Source of the DNA: Lama guanicoe | Taxonomy: Eukaryota | Direction: 5' to 3' | Length of the DNA: 64,000 nucleotides | Assembly (NCBI GenBank): GCA_013239625.1 | Contig: MU053934.1 | Coordinates: forward strand, 12,061,413 to 12,125,412 | Part shown: positions 1 to 11,899 of the stretch, piece by piece | Layout of the letters: each line of letters starts with the position of its first letter | Numbering within the stretch: the first letter of the stretch is position 1 | Position numbers and translations under genes: made by a program | Notes under the pieces: generated by a model | Told to the model about the DNA's origin: nothing | Databases searched by the model: none | The model's input: the letters and a program-made list of their open reading frames with translations, nothing else

Positions 1-1268
1 GGACCAGTACTTCCCGTCCCTTAGCATCCCTCCCCCTCCGCCCCCTCCCTCCCCATCCCCAGGAGGGCAGAGTGCTGCCCCTATCTCCCAGCGTCCTCCT
101 GGAGGAGAACTCAGAGGGCCGACAGCACTGGGTCTTCAGTTCTGCTCTGTCCACGCTGCTCTCGGGGCTTTGCGACCTGTGCCAGGCTGCTGTGGCACAA
201 GCCTGCTCTCCCGGAGATGGTCCCAGCAGGACGGCTGGCCCTAGAGTGCCCTGCTGGCGTCCTCGGCATGCTACGGGGCGCAGAGGCCAGATATGCCCGC
301 GGTCCCTGGGGCTCAGGGTCTGGGAGTGAACAGAGGGAGGCCCGAAGCAGTGCGCGAGGCGGGATGGTGAGATGAGAGAGAGGACGCCAGAGGCCACGCA
401 GGGTGACCTCCTGGCCCCCACATCCCCTTCTAGAGGACACACTGTCTTGGTTATCCTGGTGTCAGTTAAAGCAGGCCCTCCTACCTGGTCTTCAGAGGTG
501 CCCTGGCCAGCATCCTGGGCTTCCCCCTTGAGTCTTGAGATGGGCCCTTGGGTCACCAGCCACACTGACCATTCACGTGGGGGAGGCCTGTGCCCTACTC
601 CTGAGGCTGCATCAGCCCAGAGTGAGCATCTTGGACCCGCGCCTCCAGACGCAGCTCAAGTGGGCACGGATTTGTAAATCTGCGGAGGAAGGCACAAGGG
701 GCACCCTTTCCCGATCCGTCTTCTCGTTGGTGTCACTGATGTACAGGAACACTTTGTGGGTTTTTTTGGTGTCGGCAGTCATGTTGAATTCTCACGTTGG
801 GGGCTGCCGCCCTCTGGGATGCTCCCTGCCGTGAACACGCTGCCGCCTAGAAGGCCGGGCCGCTACGGTTCTCACATCCAGTCTTTTCCCGGACCCTGGG
901 GCGCCCTTGCGCGTTGGCGGTGGCACGTGCTCGCCCAGCTGAGCGTGGGCCCCGGCGTTTGGGTCGTTCCCTCTGCCAGGTTATAAAAGAGTCCTTTGGA
1001 GTCCTCATTTGCTAGGAATTGTCTCGCTTGTGGACACCAGAGACCCCGTGGATTGTCTTTTCTCGTTAAGCCTAGGAATACCGTTAAGTATGTAAGCAGG
1101 TTTTTCTGTTGGGTGAATCTTCCTTCCCTGGGGCTTTTTTTGCTTGTTTTCGGTTTTTCTTGTCACCCTGACGAATGTAATTCCTAACTTCTGGAACAAC
1201 CTTTGCGTTGTGTTCACTGCTGAGAACGGGGTTCACGCATATGGACAGACATCTCCTCTGCCTTCCAG

Positions 1269-1364
1269 CCTGTGACGAGTCGTGCAAGACGTGCACAGGC
1301 CCCACCAGCAGAGACTGCGGCCAGTGCGAGGCGGGCTGGGTGCAGGAGGATGGCGCCTGCGTGG
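1269..1364 (+). CDS. CRELD2: CRELD2 exon, furin-like repeat (CDESCKTCTGPTSRDCGQCEAGWVQEDGACV)
   Basis: ccttccag| acceptor, |gtaagg donor, 96 nt. Confidence 0.95.
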
Positions 1365-4300
1365 GTAAGGCTCCGCCCAGTGACCCTCAGGACACCCCGC
1401 TGTGCTCTCTGCCCGTCCTGGACTTGTGGGGAGGGAGGCTCGGATGTTCTTGATTGTGTTTTAAGGGTCCCGCTGTGGAGGCAAGATTTACTTGAGTGAG
1501 ACCTTGCCGGGGGCTGGATGCAGCCTAGACACTGGGTGGGGAGGGTGGCCCCTGCACCAGTCCTTGCCATCAGGTGGCCCCCTGGTCTTGTTGGCTCAGG
1601 GCCCTGGAGGGAAACCTGGGACTTGTGCCAACTGTGGCCCCATGTGCCCTGGTGTCATAAAAGAGACAGATGCCGGGGACAAGGGGACGCAGCGGGGAGA
1701 GGGTGGCCCCTGGCTATGGTGAGGATGGGATTAGCACAGGCAGGGTGCCCGCAGGGCCTGCCGGGGTGCATGGCATACGGGAAGCAGAGGCACAGCCCTC
1801 CTCTTGGCCTGCAGCCACACAGGCGCCCCGCCGAAGTCAGAAGTCAGCTGCCCATCGCAGGGAGGAGGCGTGGCCTTCCTGGCGCTCCCCTGCGCTGGGC
1901 TCTGCGCGGCCCTCGGGTCCCGAGGCCTCCGGCCCTGGCGTTGGGCCCACAGCCCTCCATCCAACGCCGCCCAGGCAGCTAGGGCCACCACGTATGAGCA
2001 GGGACCTCAAACCTAGCCCCGCAGCGTCCCAGAACACCGACTCCAAGGGCTGACGGGGCCTGGGGGTCTGGCCCTGCCAAGGAGCCTTTCCTCAGGCCCA
2101 GGTGCTGGCAGGTGGGGCAGGGGGCAGGTGGAGGCTGGGGTCTCCTCCTCCTACCATGGCCTCGGTTTTGGTTTCACCCCTCACAGCTGCTTGGCCTCAC
2201 GCAACTCCGGGGCCTCTGGCCTCTGTCCCAAATTAAGTGGAGAGGGGAGTGACCTCATCAGCCCAGACTTGGGGCTTCATCAAGGCCATGTGGAAGTGCA
2301 GGGTGCTCATGGGTCAGCCGTCTGTCCCTCACAGCGGCCCCTCCTTGCTGGCCCTGCACACGAGAGGCCTCCCAGGACAGCCGTCAAAACGCCTTCCAGG
2401 TGGTGATGACCGCTCTGCCCAGGCCAGCCCTGGCCGCAGGCTGTGAGCAGCCAGCACCTGTGCCGTCTGGAAGGCGGTCCAGGGGCCTGTGCTCATGGCC
2501 GTGCTGCTGTGTTCCAGACGTGGACGAGTGCGCGGCGGAGACGCCCCCCTGCGGCGACACGCAGTACTGCGAGAACGTCAGCGGCTCGTTCGTGTGCGAA
2601 GGTGCCCACCCAGCTCTCCAGGGCTCCCTGGGGTGGGTCGCCTCCAAGTTCTGCATGGTCCCATTTTTTCCTGTTGAGACGCTCCTGTGTGGTTTGTCAG
2701 CGTGATCTCTGTTTAACGTGGCAACTCAATAACAGGTGTTTGCCAAAAAAAGTCAGAGAACGCAAGTAAGTGGGAAGAAGGAGACGGCCTGCCCCTCCCC
2801 GGAGGGGCCTCCCATGCTCGCTGCTCTGACTCCTGCTCGTATCTTTTCCCTCAACCACCTGGGACCACCTTTGTTCGCCGCGCTTCCTACTTTGTCAGTT
2901 GTTTTGGAGCTACCGCTATTGTGGAATTTTCTCTAACAATCCACGTTGTTGAGTATTTAAATCGCCCAGGTTTTCCCACGGTTACAAACTGTGATGACCC
3001 CGCAGGTAGAGCTTTTCACATTCTTCATTATTTTCTTTGGCTCAATTTCCAAGTGGCTCTGTTCAAGGGAACATGGCTTGTAGGCCCCCGCCCTTCCCCG
3101 AAGGTCGTGGCAGCTCCTCGCCCACTGGCAGCAGGTGAGGCTGCTCCCCGAGTCTGTGGCCACGCTGGTGGCCCAGCATTTCCACGTTTGTGGAGACGTG
3201 TCTCCAAGGAGACGCCCTCAGAGTGGACCGAGCCCGGCTGTCGTTCGTGCTGAGCTCCCAGCGGGCGAGTCAGCAGCGTCATGAGCAGAGGGGCTTTGTT
3301 TTGAGAAAAGCTGCTGCTTCCACTCCACCGAGGGTCACGGAAGGGTCGCCTTAGCACTGCGGCCCCAGCCCTGTTGCTGCGTCCTGGCCCCTGAGGGACC
3401 TGGTGCTGTGGTCCGTTTAAGCAAGTTCACACTTCTCCAGGGAGGGAGGCGGGGTGCTGAGAAGGCGCTGCGCACTCCCCTCCGACGGGCAAGGACACTG
3501 GTCTGAGGCCTGCAGGGTTTCAGGCTACCTCTCTCCCTCTGTTCCCAGAGTGTGACCCCACCTGCATGGGCTGCACGGGGAAGGGCCCCGGACACTGCAA
3601 AGAGTGCGTCCCCGGCTACGCTAAAGAGAGCGGCCAGTGCACAGGTCGGTGCTGCCGTGCGGCTGCGGGGCCTTCTGGGGCCGTGACGTGCGCAGCCCTG
3701 AGAGCTGCTGGCGGGGCGGGGCCCTGGGCTTGGGCTCTTCCTGCAAAGCCCGCTTCACAAGCGCTGCGGGGTCGGGGCTGGGCTCGCAGAGGCCGCGGGC
3801 AGGGGCTGGGGGTCTGGTCCTGGTGCTCCCAGGGCACTGCCCCCTCAGCTCCTGGTGACGCGGCCCCGTGGCTGCATGTCAGCCTCCAGGTGGAGGCCCG
3901 GCTAGCCCCCACTGGAGAGGCCACCGGGCCCCTGCCGTCGTCTGCCAGACTATGCCTTTGTCCCCACCGAGGGCAGGCCTCTGAGGTCCTGCTGAATTCT
4001 CCTGCACTCCTTTCCCGACGGGGCTTCTCCAGTCTCTGTGCTTGCTGTGTGTGAGTGAGTCCTGGCGGCTTGAGTCCCACGGTCCTGGGCGTGTGTTGAG
4101 CGAGCTGTCTTCACCTAGACGTGGACGAGTGTGCGCACGCAGGGGGCGTCTGTCCCAGGAGGAATGAGAACTGCTACAACACGCCCGGGAGCTTCGTCTG
4201 TGTGTGTCCCGAGGGCTTCGAGGAGGCCGAGGACGCCTGCATGCAGCCGCGGCCCGCAAGGGATGGTGAGTGTGCGGCCTGCCCGGCCCTCCGAGTGGCG

Positions 4301-5484
4301 TCTGGGTCCGCTGGCCACCTGGTCCCAAGTTAGAAAGTCACACAGAGTGGCTCTGGGATGGTGGTGGCCAGGGTGCCTGCAAGACAAGAGGTAGAACTCT
4401 GCAGGTACAAACCCCAGGGGGCTGCTGCACAAGAGGACGGAGGGACGGAAAGGAAGGTCTGCACTGGTTCCCGCAGGGAACGCGGGAGGAGGCAGAGGCA
4501 GGTGGTCTCCTGGGAGCTCTGGGCGGCCGTGACAGAGCGCCGCAGCCCGGCGTGTCAGCCACGGAGACCGCTGTCTCCCCGTCCCGGAGGCTGGACGTCT
4601 GAGATTGAGGAGCCGGCAGGGCTGCCTCCCTCTGAAACCCGTGGGGGAGGATGCTTCCTGCCTCTTCCGGCTTCTCGGCGTTCCTGGGCGTGCAGCTGCG
4701 GCCCCGTAGCCCCGCCCTCTGTTGTCACGTGGCCCTCTCCCCGGGTGTGTGTTCTTACGGGACGCATCCCTGGATCAGGCCCCGATGACCTCACCTTAAC
4801 TTGATCACCTGCAAAGACCCTGCTTCCAAGGCAGGTCCCGTTCACGGTGCAGAGGCTGGATGTCAGCACCTTTGGGGGTGGGGGACACCGCTCTCATGGT
4901 AGTCTCAGAAGTTCTAGAAGAATGTGGAGAACGTGAAGGAAGCAATGTTCAAACAGACAATGGCTGAGAGTTTCCCAGAAGGAGTAAGACTTGAGTCAGA
5001 CGCCAGAAGCCCCCTGAGTCCCCAGCAGGACGGAGAATAAAGAATAAACAGAAGTGAATCCGTGCGGACGCGCTGCAGTGACGGCGAGGCAACAAGGACA
5101 GAGGGGCTTGGTCGGCAGAGAGCAGGCCCGGGCGAGGAGGGGCTTCGGCCATGCTCCCCCTGCCCCCACCTTGTCCCGGGGACCTCCGGCCCTCGCCCCT
5201 CCCCGTCACGCAGGCTCTCTGGGCTGATGCCTCCCCAGCTTCCTGTCTCCCACCTCCCACCCCAGAGTGGTGCAGTGGCTCTGGGATGGCCGCCGCCCCT
5301 GGAAGGAGCTGGTGCCACCCCAGGGCCGGGGCGGGCCGGCTCCACCCTGCTGCATCCAGCACCAGCCCTGTGGCCACGTCCTCAGAGTCTCTCATGCCAG
5401 GACTTCACCGAATGATCTGTTTGTTTTCTGACAGAAGCCACAGAAGAAAACCCCGCACCGCCGCCCTCCCGCGAAGACTTATGA
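1269..5484 (+). CDS. CRELD2: CRELD2 (cysteine-rich with EGF-like domains 2), 3' part; spliced, 5' exons outside window
   Basis: Exons 1269-1364, 2518-2601, 3549-3644, 4119-4265 and 5435-5484 all have AG/GT boundaries and phase-1 junctions. They encode alternating furin-like Cys repeats and Ca-binding EGF domains (DVDEC) and end in ...PPSREDL*. Confidence 0.95.
2518..2601 (+). CDS. CRELD2: CRELD2 exon, cbEGF-like (DVDECAAETPPCGDTQYCENVSGSFVCE)
   Basis: gttccag| acceptor, |gtgccc donor, 84 nt. Confidence 0.93.
3549..3644 (+). CDS. CRELD2: CRELD2 exon, furin-like repeat (ECDPTCMGCTGKGPGHCKECVPGYAKESGQCT)
   Basis: ctctgttcccag| acceptor, |gtcggt donor, 96 nt. Confidence 0.93.
4119..4265 (+). 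CDS. CRELD2: CRELD2 exon, cbEGF (DVDECAHAGGVCPRRNENCYNTPGSFVCVCPEGFEEAEDACMQPRPARD)
   Basis: ttcacctag| acceptor, |gtgagt donor, 147 nt, six-Cys EGF pattern. Confidence 0.93.
4510..4890 (-). mobile_element. Degenerate MaLR (MLT1-like) LTR in the last CRELD2 intron
   Basis: Recognisable MLT1-type blocks (gatgacctcaccttaacttgatcacctgcaaagaccctgcttccaag; ggaggctggacgtctgagattgagg). Family assigned from memory; boundaries approximate. Confidence 0.6.
4920..5060 (+). mobile_element. Old L1 ORF1-region fragment
   Basis: A-rich segment aatggctgagagtttcccagaa...ccccagcaggac...aataaac resembles L1M ORF1. Confidence 0.45.
5435..5484 (+). CDS. CRELD2: CRELD2 terminal coding exon (EATEENPAPPPSREDL*)
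   Basis: ttgttttctgacag| acceptor; KDEL-like REDL before TGA at 5482-5484. Confidence 0.92.
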
Positions 5485-5684
5485 CGCGCGCCCCGTGCAG
5501 GAAGCCGCACCTGCGCTCCGAGTTATCAGACCGGTGCCCGACGGGCGGCCGCGGCGGCCCTGCACCCGGGGAACGGTCGGGCAGACGCTGCCGTTGAAGT
5601 GGTTGGTGCCTGTCTGGCCCTTTAAAAATCTGCGTTCCTGGGTGATTCTTCAAGAGATTCGTATATTTTGATACTGTTCTTTAT

Positions 5685-5690
5685 AATAAA
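5685..5690 (+). terminator. CRELD2 polyadenylation signal
   Basis: AATAAA 200 nt after the stop codon, in a U-rich context. Confidence 0.8.
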
Positions 5691-8423
5691 ATTGGCCGTT
5701 GCAGGTAGTCAGAACCAGCACGAGTCTGTCCCTTTAAGAACGGGAGCTCTGAAATGGAACCTGTCCTGCGGGGTACCGAGCCCAGCAGCTCTGCTGTCCC
5801 TGGGGGCTCCCCCCCCCCCCGCTGCAGGCTCACAAGCACCATCAGTACCACGACCCAGCGGGTTTCAGTGCCCAGCTTGTGGCCCCCTAGGGTGAGTGTG
5901 GTCAGGGGCCCAGCGGGGGGCTGAGCTGCAGTGGAAGTCTGCTGTAACCCCAGGAGCAGTTCTTCGCGCAGAACTGGCAGAATTCTGAGAAAAAGGCCCC
6001 ACGGACCGCACTCCCCTCCCCCCGCCCAGGGTTTTCTCACCACTCTGTGGTGGTCAGACCAGGGCTGCCCCCCAGTGAGCGCTGGGTCTCCCAACGCCCC
6101 TGACGCCTGCCCCGTGCAGTGTGGCTGCTCCCCCTCACCTACACTTCCCTGCCCCCCAGGCCTCACTCCCATCCATATAAACGTCCCCCACTGTCCTGGC
6201 ACTGCTGACCACAGCATCCACATGCCCTCTGGCTGTCCGGATGCTCTCCGAGCCCGAGCTGGTCACCCACCTGGGCACTGGGGTGAGCCTGGGCAGGTGG
6301 GACTCTACCCCGGGGGTCCTTGCTGGGCAGGGGCACCCGCAGCAGGCTTGCCTTGGGCTCTCCTGCATCTCCGTGGTCTCGGCCTCCTTTGCTCTGTGTC
6401 CATCTCCGTGGTGGGGGGCGGGGAGCTAGTGTCCCTGAATTCCTAGAGGGACCGGGGGTCCAGCTGGCTCGGAGGCTGACCTGCAGCACAGGTTGCCGGC
6501 CACTCGGGTCCAGGTCAGACTTGCAGGGGAGCCCACGCTGGGGGCAGCTGGTCATCTCCTGCAGACACGATGATGAGGCTGGGCAAAGCGTGTCAGAGGG
6601 AGGGTCACCAGCAGAGTGATGGCTGCGGGTGGAGGGCAGTGCAGGGCAGGGGGCAGGTGAGGGGCAGGGCTGTGGGTCCCTGAGGAGCCCCAGGGCAGGT
6701 TGGAGCCTGCAATCTGGGGACTTCTAGGAGCCCCTCAGGCTGGGGGGGTTGTTGGAGAACAGAGCGCAGACCTGATTGCTGAGGGGTGTCAGGTGGGCGT
6801 GGCCAAGCCTCCTGTCAGAGGGGAGTGGGAATGGACAAGAGAGACCCCTGGCCTTAGGGAGGGGTGTTAAGGGGGCTCCCAGGAGGGGAAGAGAGGAAGA
6901 TTTCTGCGCCTGGTTAGCAGGGTCAAGGCCAGAGTAGGTGGTTTCTGCCCAGCTAGGGTCCATCTCCCCCGTGGGGCCACACGGCCACAGCAAGGACCTG
7001 TCCCCCTTTCCAGCTGGAACCTGAAGGGTCCCCAGCCTTGCTGCTGGCCATGGAAAAGAGCTCACAGCCACTGGGTGGCACTGTCTCCCCTTGCACGGCG
7101 CGGCTACCTAAGTGGCTGCCCCCCAGGGCTCTGGGGTCCTGAAACCCCCCTCTCCCACACAGGTGGCATCAGTAGATGTCCTGAGAGGCCAGTCGTCCGG
7201 CAGCGGGGAGGGGCAGGCCTGGGGATTTGGACGCTAGGAAGCTGGACTCTCGCCTGAGCCCTGCAGCTGGCTCCTCTGTGGCCCCCATGCTGGTCTGTCA
7301 GGGTCTGAGGGGTCCTCTACCCCTCCCCTACTCGGCCTTCCTGCTGTGCCACGGCCCACCCTAGACCACCCCCATGGGTACTGCAGGGCCTGGGTGGCCT
7401 GGGGAGGGACAAGGCAGCTGGGCGTCTCTGTACTGATGGCAGCTTTGGCCCTGCCCAGGGTGGCCCACTGGCCGCCTCCTTCTACTCCAGGACCCCCACT
7501 CAGGGCCCCCTGCCCCTTCACTGCAGAGTCCAGGCTGACCTTGTTCCTCTGAAGTGCCAAGTGCAGCCACACCCCAGGACCTCTGCACGGCTGTCCTGCT
7601 GGGAATACCAGTCTAGGCTCCTGCTCCCTCCCACCCCGGGTCTCTGCTCAGCTGTCAGCCATCAGACGACTGCCCTAGCCCCTTCCCCACGTCACACCCT
7701 CTGTAAGGGCCCCACCCCTCCCCAGGGGCATGTCCCACATTCAGCATAGGGTCCTGGCTCCTCTGCTCTGAGGCTGAGGTCTGGAGTCAGTGGCTGACAG
7801 CCCCCAGTCTCAGTGTTCCCCTCCGTAAATGGGAGGATGTTCCCAGCCGAGGGAGCTGGGGCCAGACTAGAAGGGTCTCCCGCCTGGCCCATGGTTTAGG
7901 AGCGTTAATAAGGGTGTGGACGGGCAGGAAGGGTGGACTCGCCCACAGCAGGACCTCGCCAGGCGTGGGCAAGGAGCGCAGGGTGCAGGCAGGGTCCCGA
8001 GGGTCCACGTGCTGAGGTGTGCGGACATGGGCACTGGGGGCTTGGACACTGGCGCCCGCACAGAGGGTCTGGCTCCGCCTAGGGTGGTGGGGCAACTGGG
8101 CAGTGACCCCTGCCCGAGCTCTGTGGTCTCCCCTCTGGCCAAGGGAAAGGACAGGTCCAGGCCCCTGAGTGGATCAACCACTGGGCGGGGGCTGAAGGAG
8201 GTGTGGCCAGCAGAGGGCGCTGCAGGACCACCCGGGCCCCTCTGCCTGGACTGGCCCCTTCAGCAGGCTGTTTCGTACCCTGCAGCCTGGAAACTCCCAG
8301 AAGTGTGGTGCGTATGCCCGTGGCCCCGGCCCAGCCCTATCCTGGCTTGGCTGTAAAGCAGACCCCTTGGTCTGATGTGTCCACGTGTGGGGTTCTGTGC
8401 CACAGGATCAAACGTTCCATAAG

Positions 8424-8570
8424 CCAGCAATTCTCCACAGGTGGCCCAGGAGACACGAGGCAGTGTCCGGGGACACTGGTCAAAACGGGGTGAGGAAGCT
8501 ACCGGCTCGAGTGGGCAGAGACCAGGGAGACTGCTCCACACCTCAGAGCCCACGACGCCCAGCCCCAGTA
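8424..8570 (+). mobile_element. MER20-like hAT DNA transposon fragment
   Basis: cagcaattctc...ggcagtgtccggggacact...gctaccggctcgagtgggcagagaccaggga...ctgct follows the recalled MER20 consensus order. Confidence 0.5.
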
Positions 8571-10355
8571 TGGAGAGGCGGCGCCGCTCTGGGCCCCGGG
8601 GCGTCGGGGGGCGCTCCCACTTCCCCCACCCAGACCCTGGCCCGCAGGGCGGGGTCAGAGGCAGCAGCAGCAGTGACTCAGCACTACAGCCCCCCCCCCG
8701 CACTCCAAGTCCCCTTCAGCTGTGAGCCGAGCAGTCCCAAGGACCTGCCCCTCCAGCACCTCCAGACGCCGTGCGTCCTTCGCTTTGGCAGGGGGGTGAT
8801 GGGGGTGCTAGGCCCCCGCGTCTGTGCAGGGCCCACCCCACTAGGGTGCACGGTCCCACAAAGGCCCCAGGGCACTTGCCACTTCCTGGTCACCTGGCCT
8901 TTACACGGAGCCACTGTTGCCAGGGACGTGTGGCTGGTCCAGGGGACTGTGGGCAGGAGGGTCTGCAGAGCCTGGGAGGGGCCATGTGTTCACCCCCAGG
9001 AACCCTGAACTGTTTCAGTCTTCCCCACGGGGACCAGGGAGAGTGAACCCATCACTGGCCACTGCACACCTGAGGCCGTGGACACTTGACTCCGGCAAAG
9101 ACAGCATGTCTGGCCGAGGCGGGCTTCGGCAGCCATCCACAGCCTGGGGTCCATCACCTGCCCTTTCTAGGGCTCAGACCGGTGGTCTAAATGAAGATGT
9201 GACAGGCCCACGTTTTCAGGGCTTTAAACATGTCACTAATCACCTGGGACATCACGTGGCTTTCAACTTATTATCTTGGGTGAGGCCCTTCCAGAGGCTT
9301 CCACAGGACTTGCCCTGGCTGGTGGCCAAGGAAGTGATGCCCACCATCAAGCTTGTCTGCTCCCCTTGTCTGTTCTGAGCCTGGGGAACTGACCACCTGA
9401 TGGACATGTAGACTCAAGGTCAGGGCTCAGACCCTGGCTGGAATTCCAAGTGTTACTGGGCTCCCGGTACCGGCACCGCCTGGAACCCTGCGTCCGGCTG
9501 TCTTCCCACGCTCGGTGTCTCTTCTGCCCTGTGCTCAGTTACAGGGTTCTAGGGAAGGGCTGGGGGAAGTGTAATGTGTGGCAGACTCTGTGCCCTTCAG
9601 GCAGGGGGTTCCGGGTCTGAAACCTGCCCCAGGCCTGGAAATTGGGCAAGGGGTCATGACCTTTCACTGGGGCCTCCCGATCACGGATCCCTGAGTTCTC
9701 CTGGGCAGCCCGGCCAATCCCCGGGAACATGGTGTTCTGTAACCACAACCTCAGGCGCCTCAGGCCCTTGGCCTGGTTCCAACCTGCTGCTCACAGGAGC
9801 CACATCCACCTGCCGCTGCCGGCCGGGCGCCACCACCCCCACCGTCAGTTCTGTGACAACCTCGCCACGAGCAGCTGCTGACGGGGGCTGGGGGGCGCCT
9901 CACGCATGGCCCTTCTCCACGTCTGCTCTGATGCCCTGCCTCCTTCCCGGCCTCCCAGCGCTGTGACCGCATCACCTTGTGGGTGTGCGTCCTGGACCTC
10001 AGGGAAGGCTCTGCAACCAATAGGCTCCCCTGCACTCCGGGACGTGCTACTGGGTCCTGCGGTTCCTCTAGGGGCCAGCATGCCCCCCCCAGGTTGTCAC
10101 CGCTTGATCCCAGGAGCAGGCCCCGACGGCAAGGCCCATGTCTTCAACGAGGGCACCTGGGGAGGTGTGGCCCCTGGTGTGGGTCACCCGTACCGCCCAT
10201 TCCCCCTCAGGTGGCGCCCAGGCTGGGGTTTCGCCCTCATGGGCGCTGGCTCCTCTAGCCCCACGTCCTCCTGGTCTCTCCCCCAACCCGTTAGCTTTTC
10301 CCAGAGCGACAGGCAATGAAAGAAGCCCCCCATGACACCACCATCCGACACTTTT

Positions 10356-10412
10356 TTTAAAATGGAGGTCCTGGGGATTGAACCCGGGACCTCATGCATG
10401 CTAGACCCACCC
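10356..10412 (-). mobile_element. tRNA-derived SINE (camelid-type), internally deleted, with target-site duplication
   Basis: Minus strand reads ...CATGCATGAGGTCCCGGGTTCAATCCCCAGGACCTCCATTTTAAAAAAA (Pol III B-box plus A tail). Flanked by 18-bp direct repeats at 10338-10355 and 10413-10430 with one mismatch. Confidence 0.8.
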
Positions 10413-11899
10413 CCACCATCCCACACTTTTGATCGTCGGACCCTGTGCAGCTCCACAGTCCCTCCCAATTCACAACTGTCACACCATTGGGACCAGACTG
10501 CCCACTGCACAGAGTGGGCTGGGCCCTCCTAGCTCCGCCCTCACCGTCCAGACTGCCAGGCTCTGCCCCATCTGAGCTGGTTCCCAGAGGAGCAGTGAGT
10601 CCCCAGCTGACCCCCTGGGGAACGTGAAGCCTCGTGACCCTTCAGAGGTGTCCGAGCTGCGGCGAGGGGGCTGGGCCTTGACCCCTCCATGGACTCTTCA
10701 TGGGGAAGGGGCTCGGCAGTGGGAAGTGGCCTCTGGCCGAGGTCATCCCTGCGGGGGCTCAGGGTGAGGTCCCACCCCCAGCGCCAGCCCTGAAACCTGG
10801 CCTTGGCCTGGACACAGGTCGACTTCTCATACCACGTCCAGCCCCCCACCACCACCCGACTGTGTCCCTGTGATGGTTCACAGTGGAGGCCCACCCCACC
10901 ACGTGGGCTCCCAGAGGTGCCCCGGCCGAGGGCTGGCCTCTGTGGGTGACCCCTTCCCAGGCTGCTCACTCTCTACCTGCCCAGCCCCAGCACAAGGGTG
11001 GCCCTGGGCCACCGCTCCCAGCTCACACGTGCTTCTCCAGGCCTGGCCTCCGGCCTCTGGTCCCTGGCCGGTAGGTGCCAGGGCCGAGCAGACAGGCAGG
11101 TGTGGGGGGTCGAGGGTGTTGTCCAGCCCACCACTCCGGATAGGACAGCCTTAAAGTTGGAGGACCGGGGTCAGGGCCTGGTGGTGCCTTCACTTTCCGT
11201 ACACCCTCCGCCAGCCTGGAGAACCCTGGGTGGGTGGGGTGCGTTCAGGGTCTACGGGGAGGGGGCACTGGGGCAGAGGCAGAGGCGGGGGTGGTGGCAC
11301 AAAAGGCCTCGGTCCTGGGGGCAGCGATGGGCAGGAGGCGCCAAGCTGGGGTTGGGTGGGACCAGCCTTGGGGCTCTGCGGGGACGGGCTGCCATTCGGA
11401 CCACACGCACCCTCCCAGTTCAGGGTCCTCAAAGCCCTCATTGTGGCTGGGATCATCCCAGACGCCAGGCTGGCTGGCTCCACACCACTAGGGGGCCAGG
11501 GGCCCAGCCAGACTGGGCTGTGTGCAGTGTGGGACGCCCACCTTTTCAGAGACCCCCCTCCTCCCCATCCCCGTGGAGAGCTTCCAAGGGGCACCACCAG
11601 GCCCGGCCTGGGCAGCTAGTACAGGCTGCCCTCCCCCAGCCTGGCCAGCCCTGGTCCCTTGGCCACCAAACATTGTCTGGAGGAGGGTCTTTCTGCGCCC
11701 ACCCATCTGCGGGGAGGACGGGTCGGGGAGGTCTTCCTCAGGGCAGGGCTCCGTGGACGGAAGCGCTCCCAGGCTTTGTCTAGGGAATGAACGGGGGAGG
11801 GCGGGAAAGGGTATCTGACCACGTGCCCCACTCACCCCCGAAGACCGAGAGGGCTCCCAGGCAGGTCCAAGGCAGCGCCCCCCGGGCCTGCAGGCCAGT

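Noticed and set aside
6630..6680. G-run clusters able to form G-quadruplexes (also near 12092 and 59624)
   Set aside because: Ubiquitous at this base composition; nothing singles these out.
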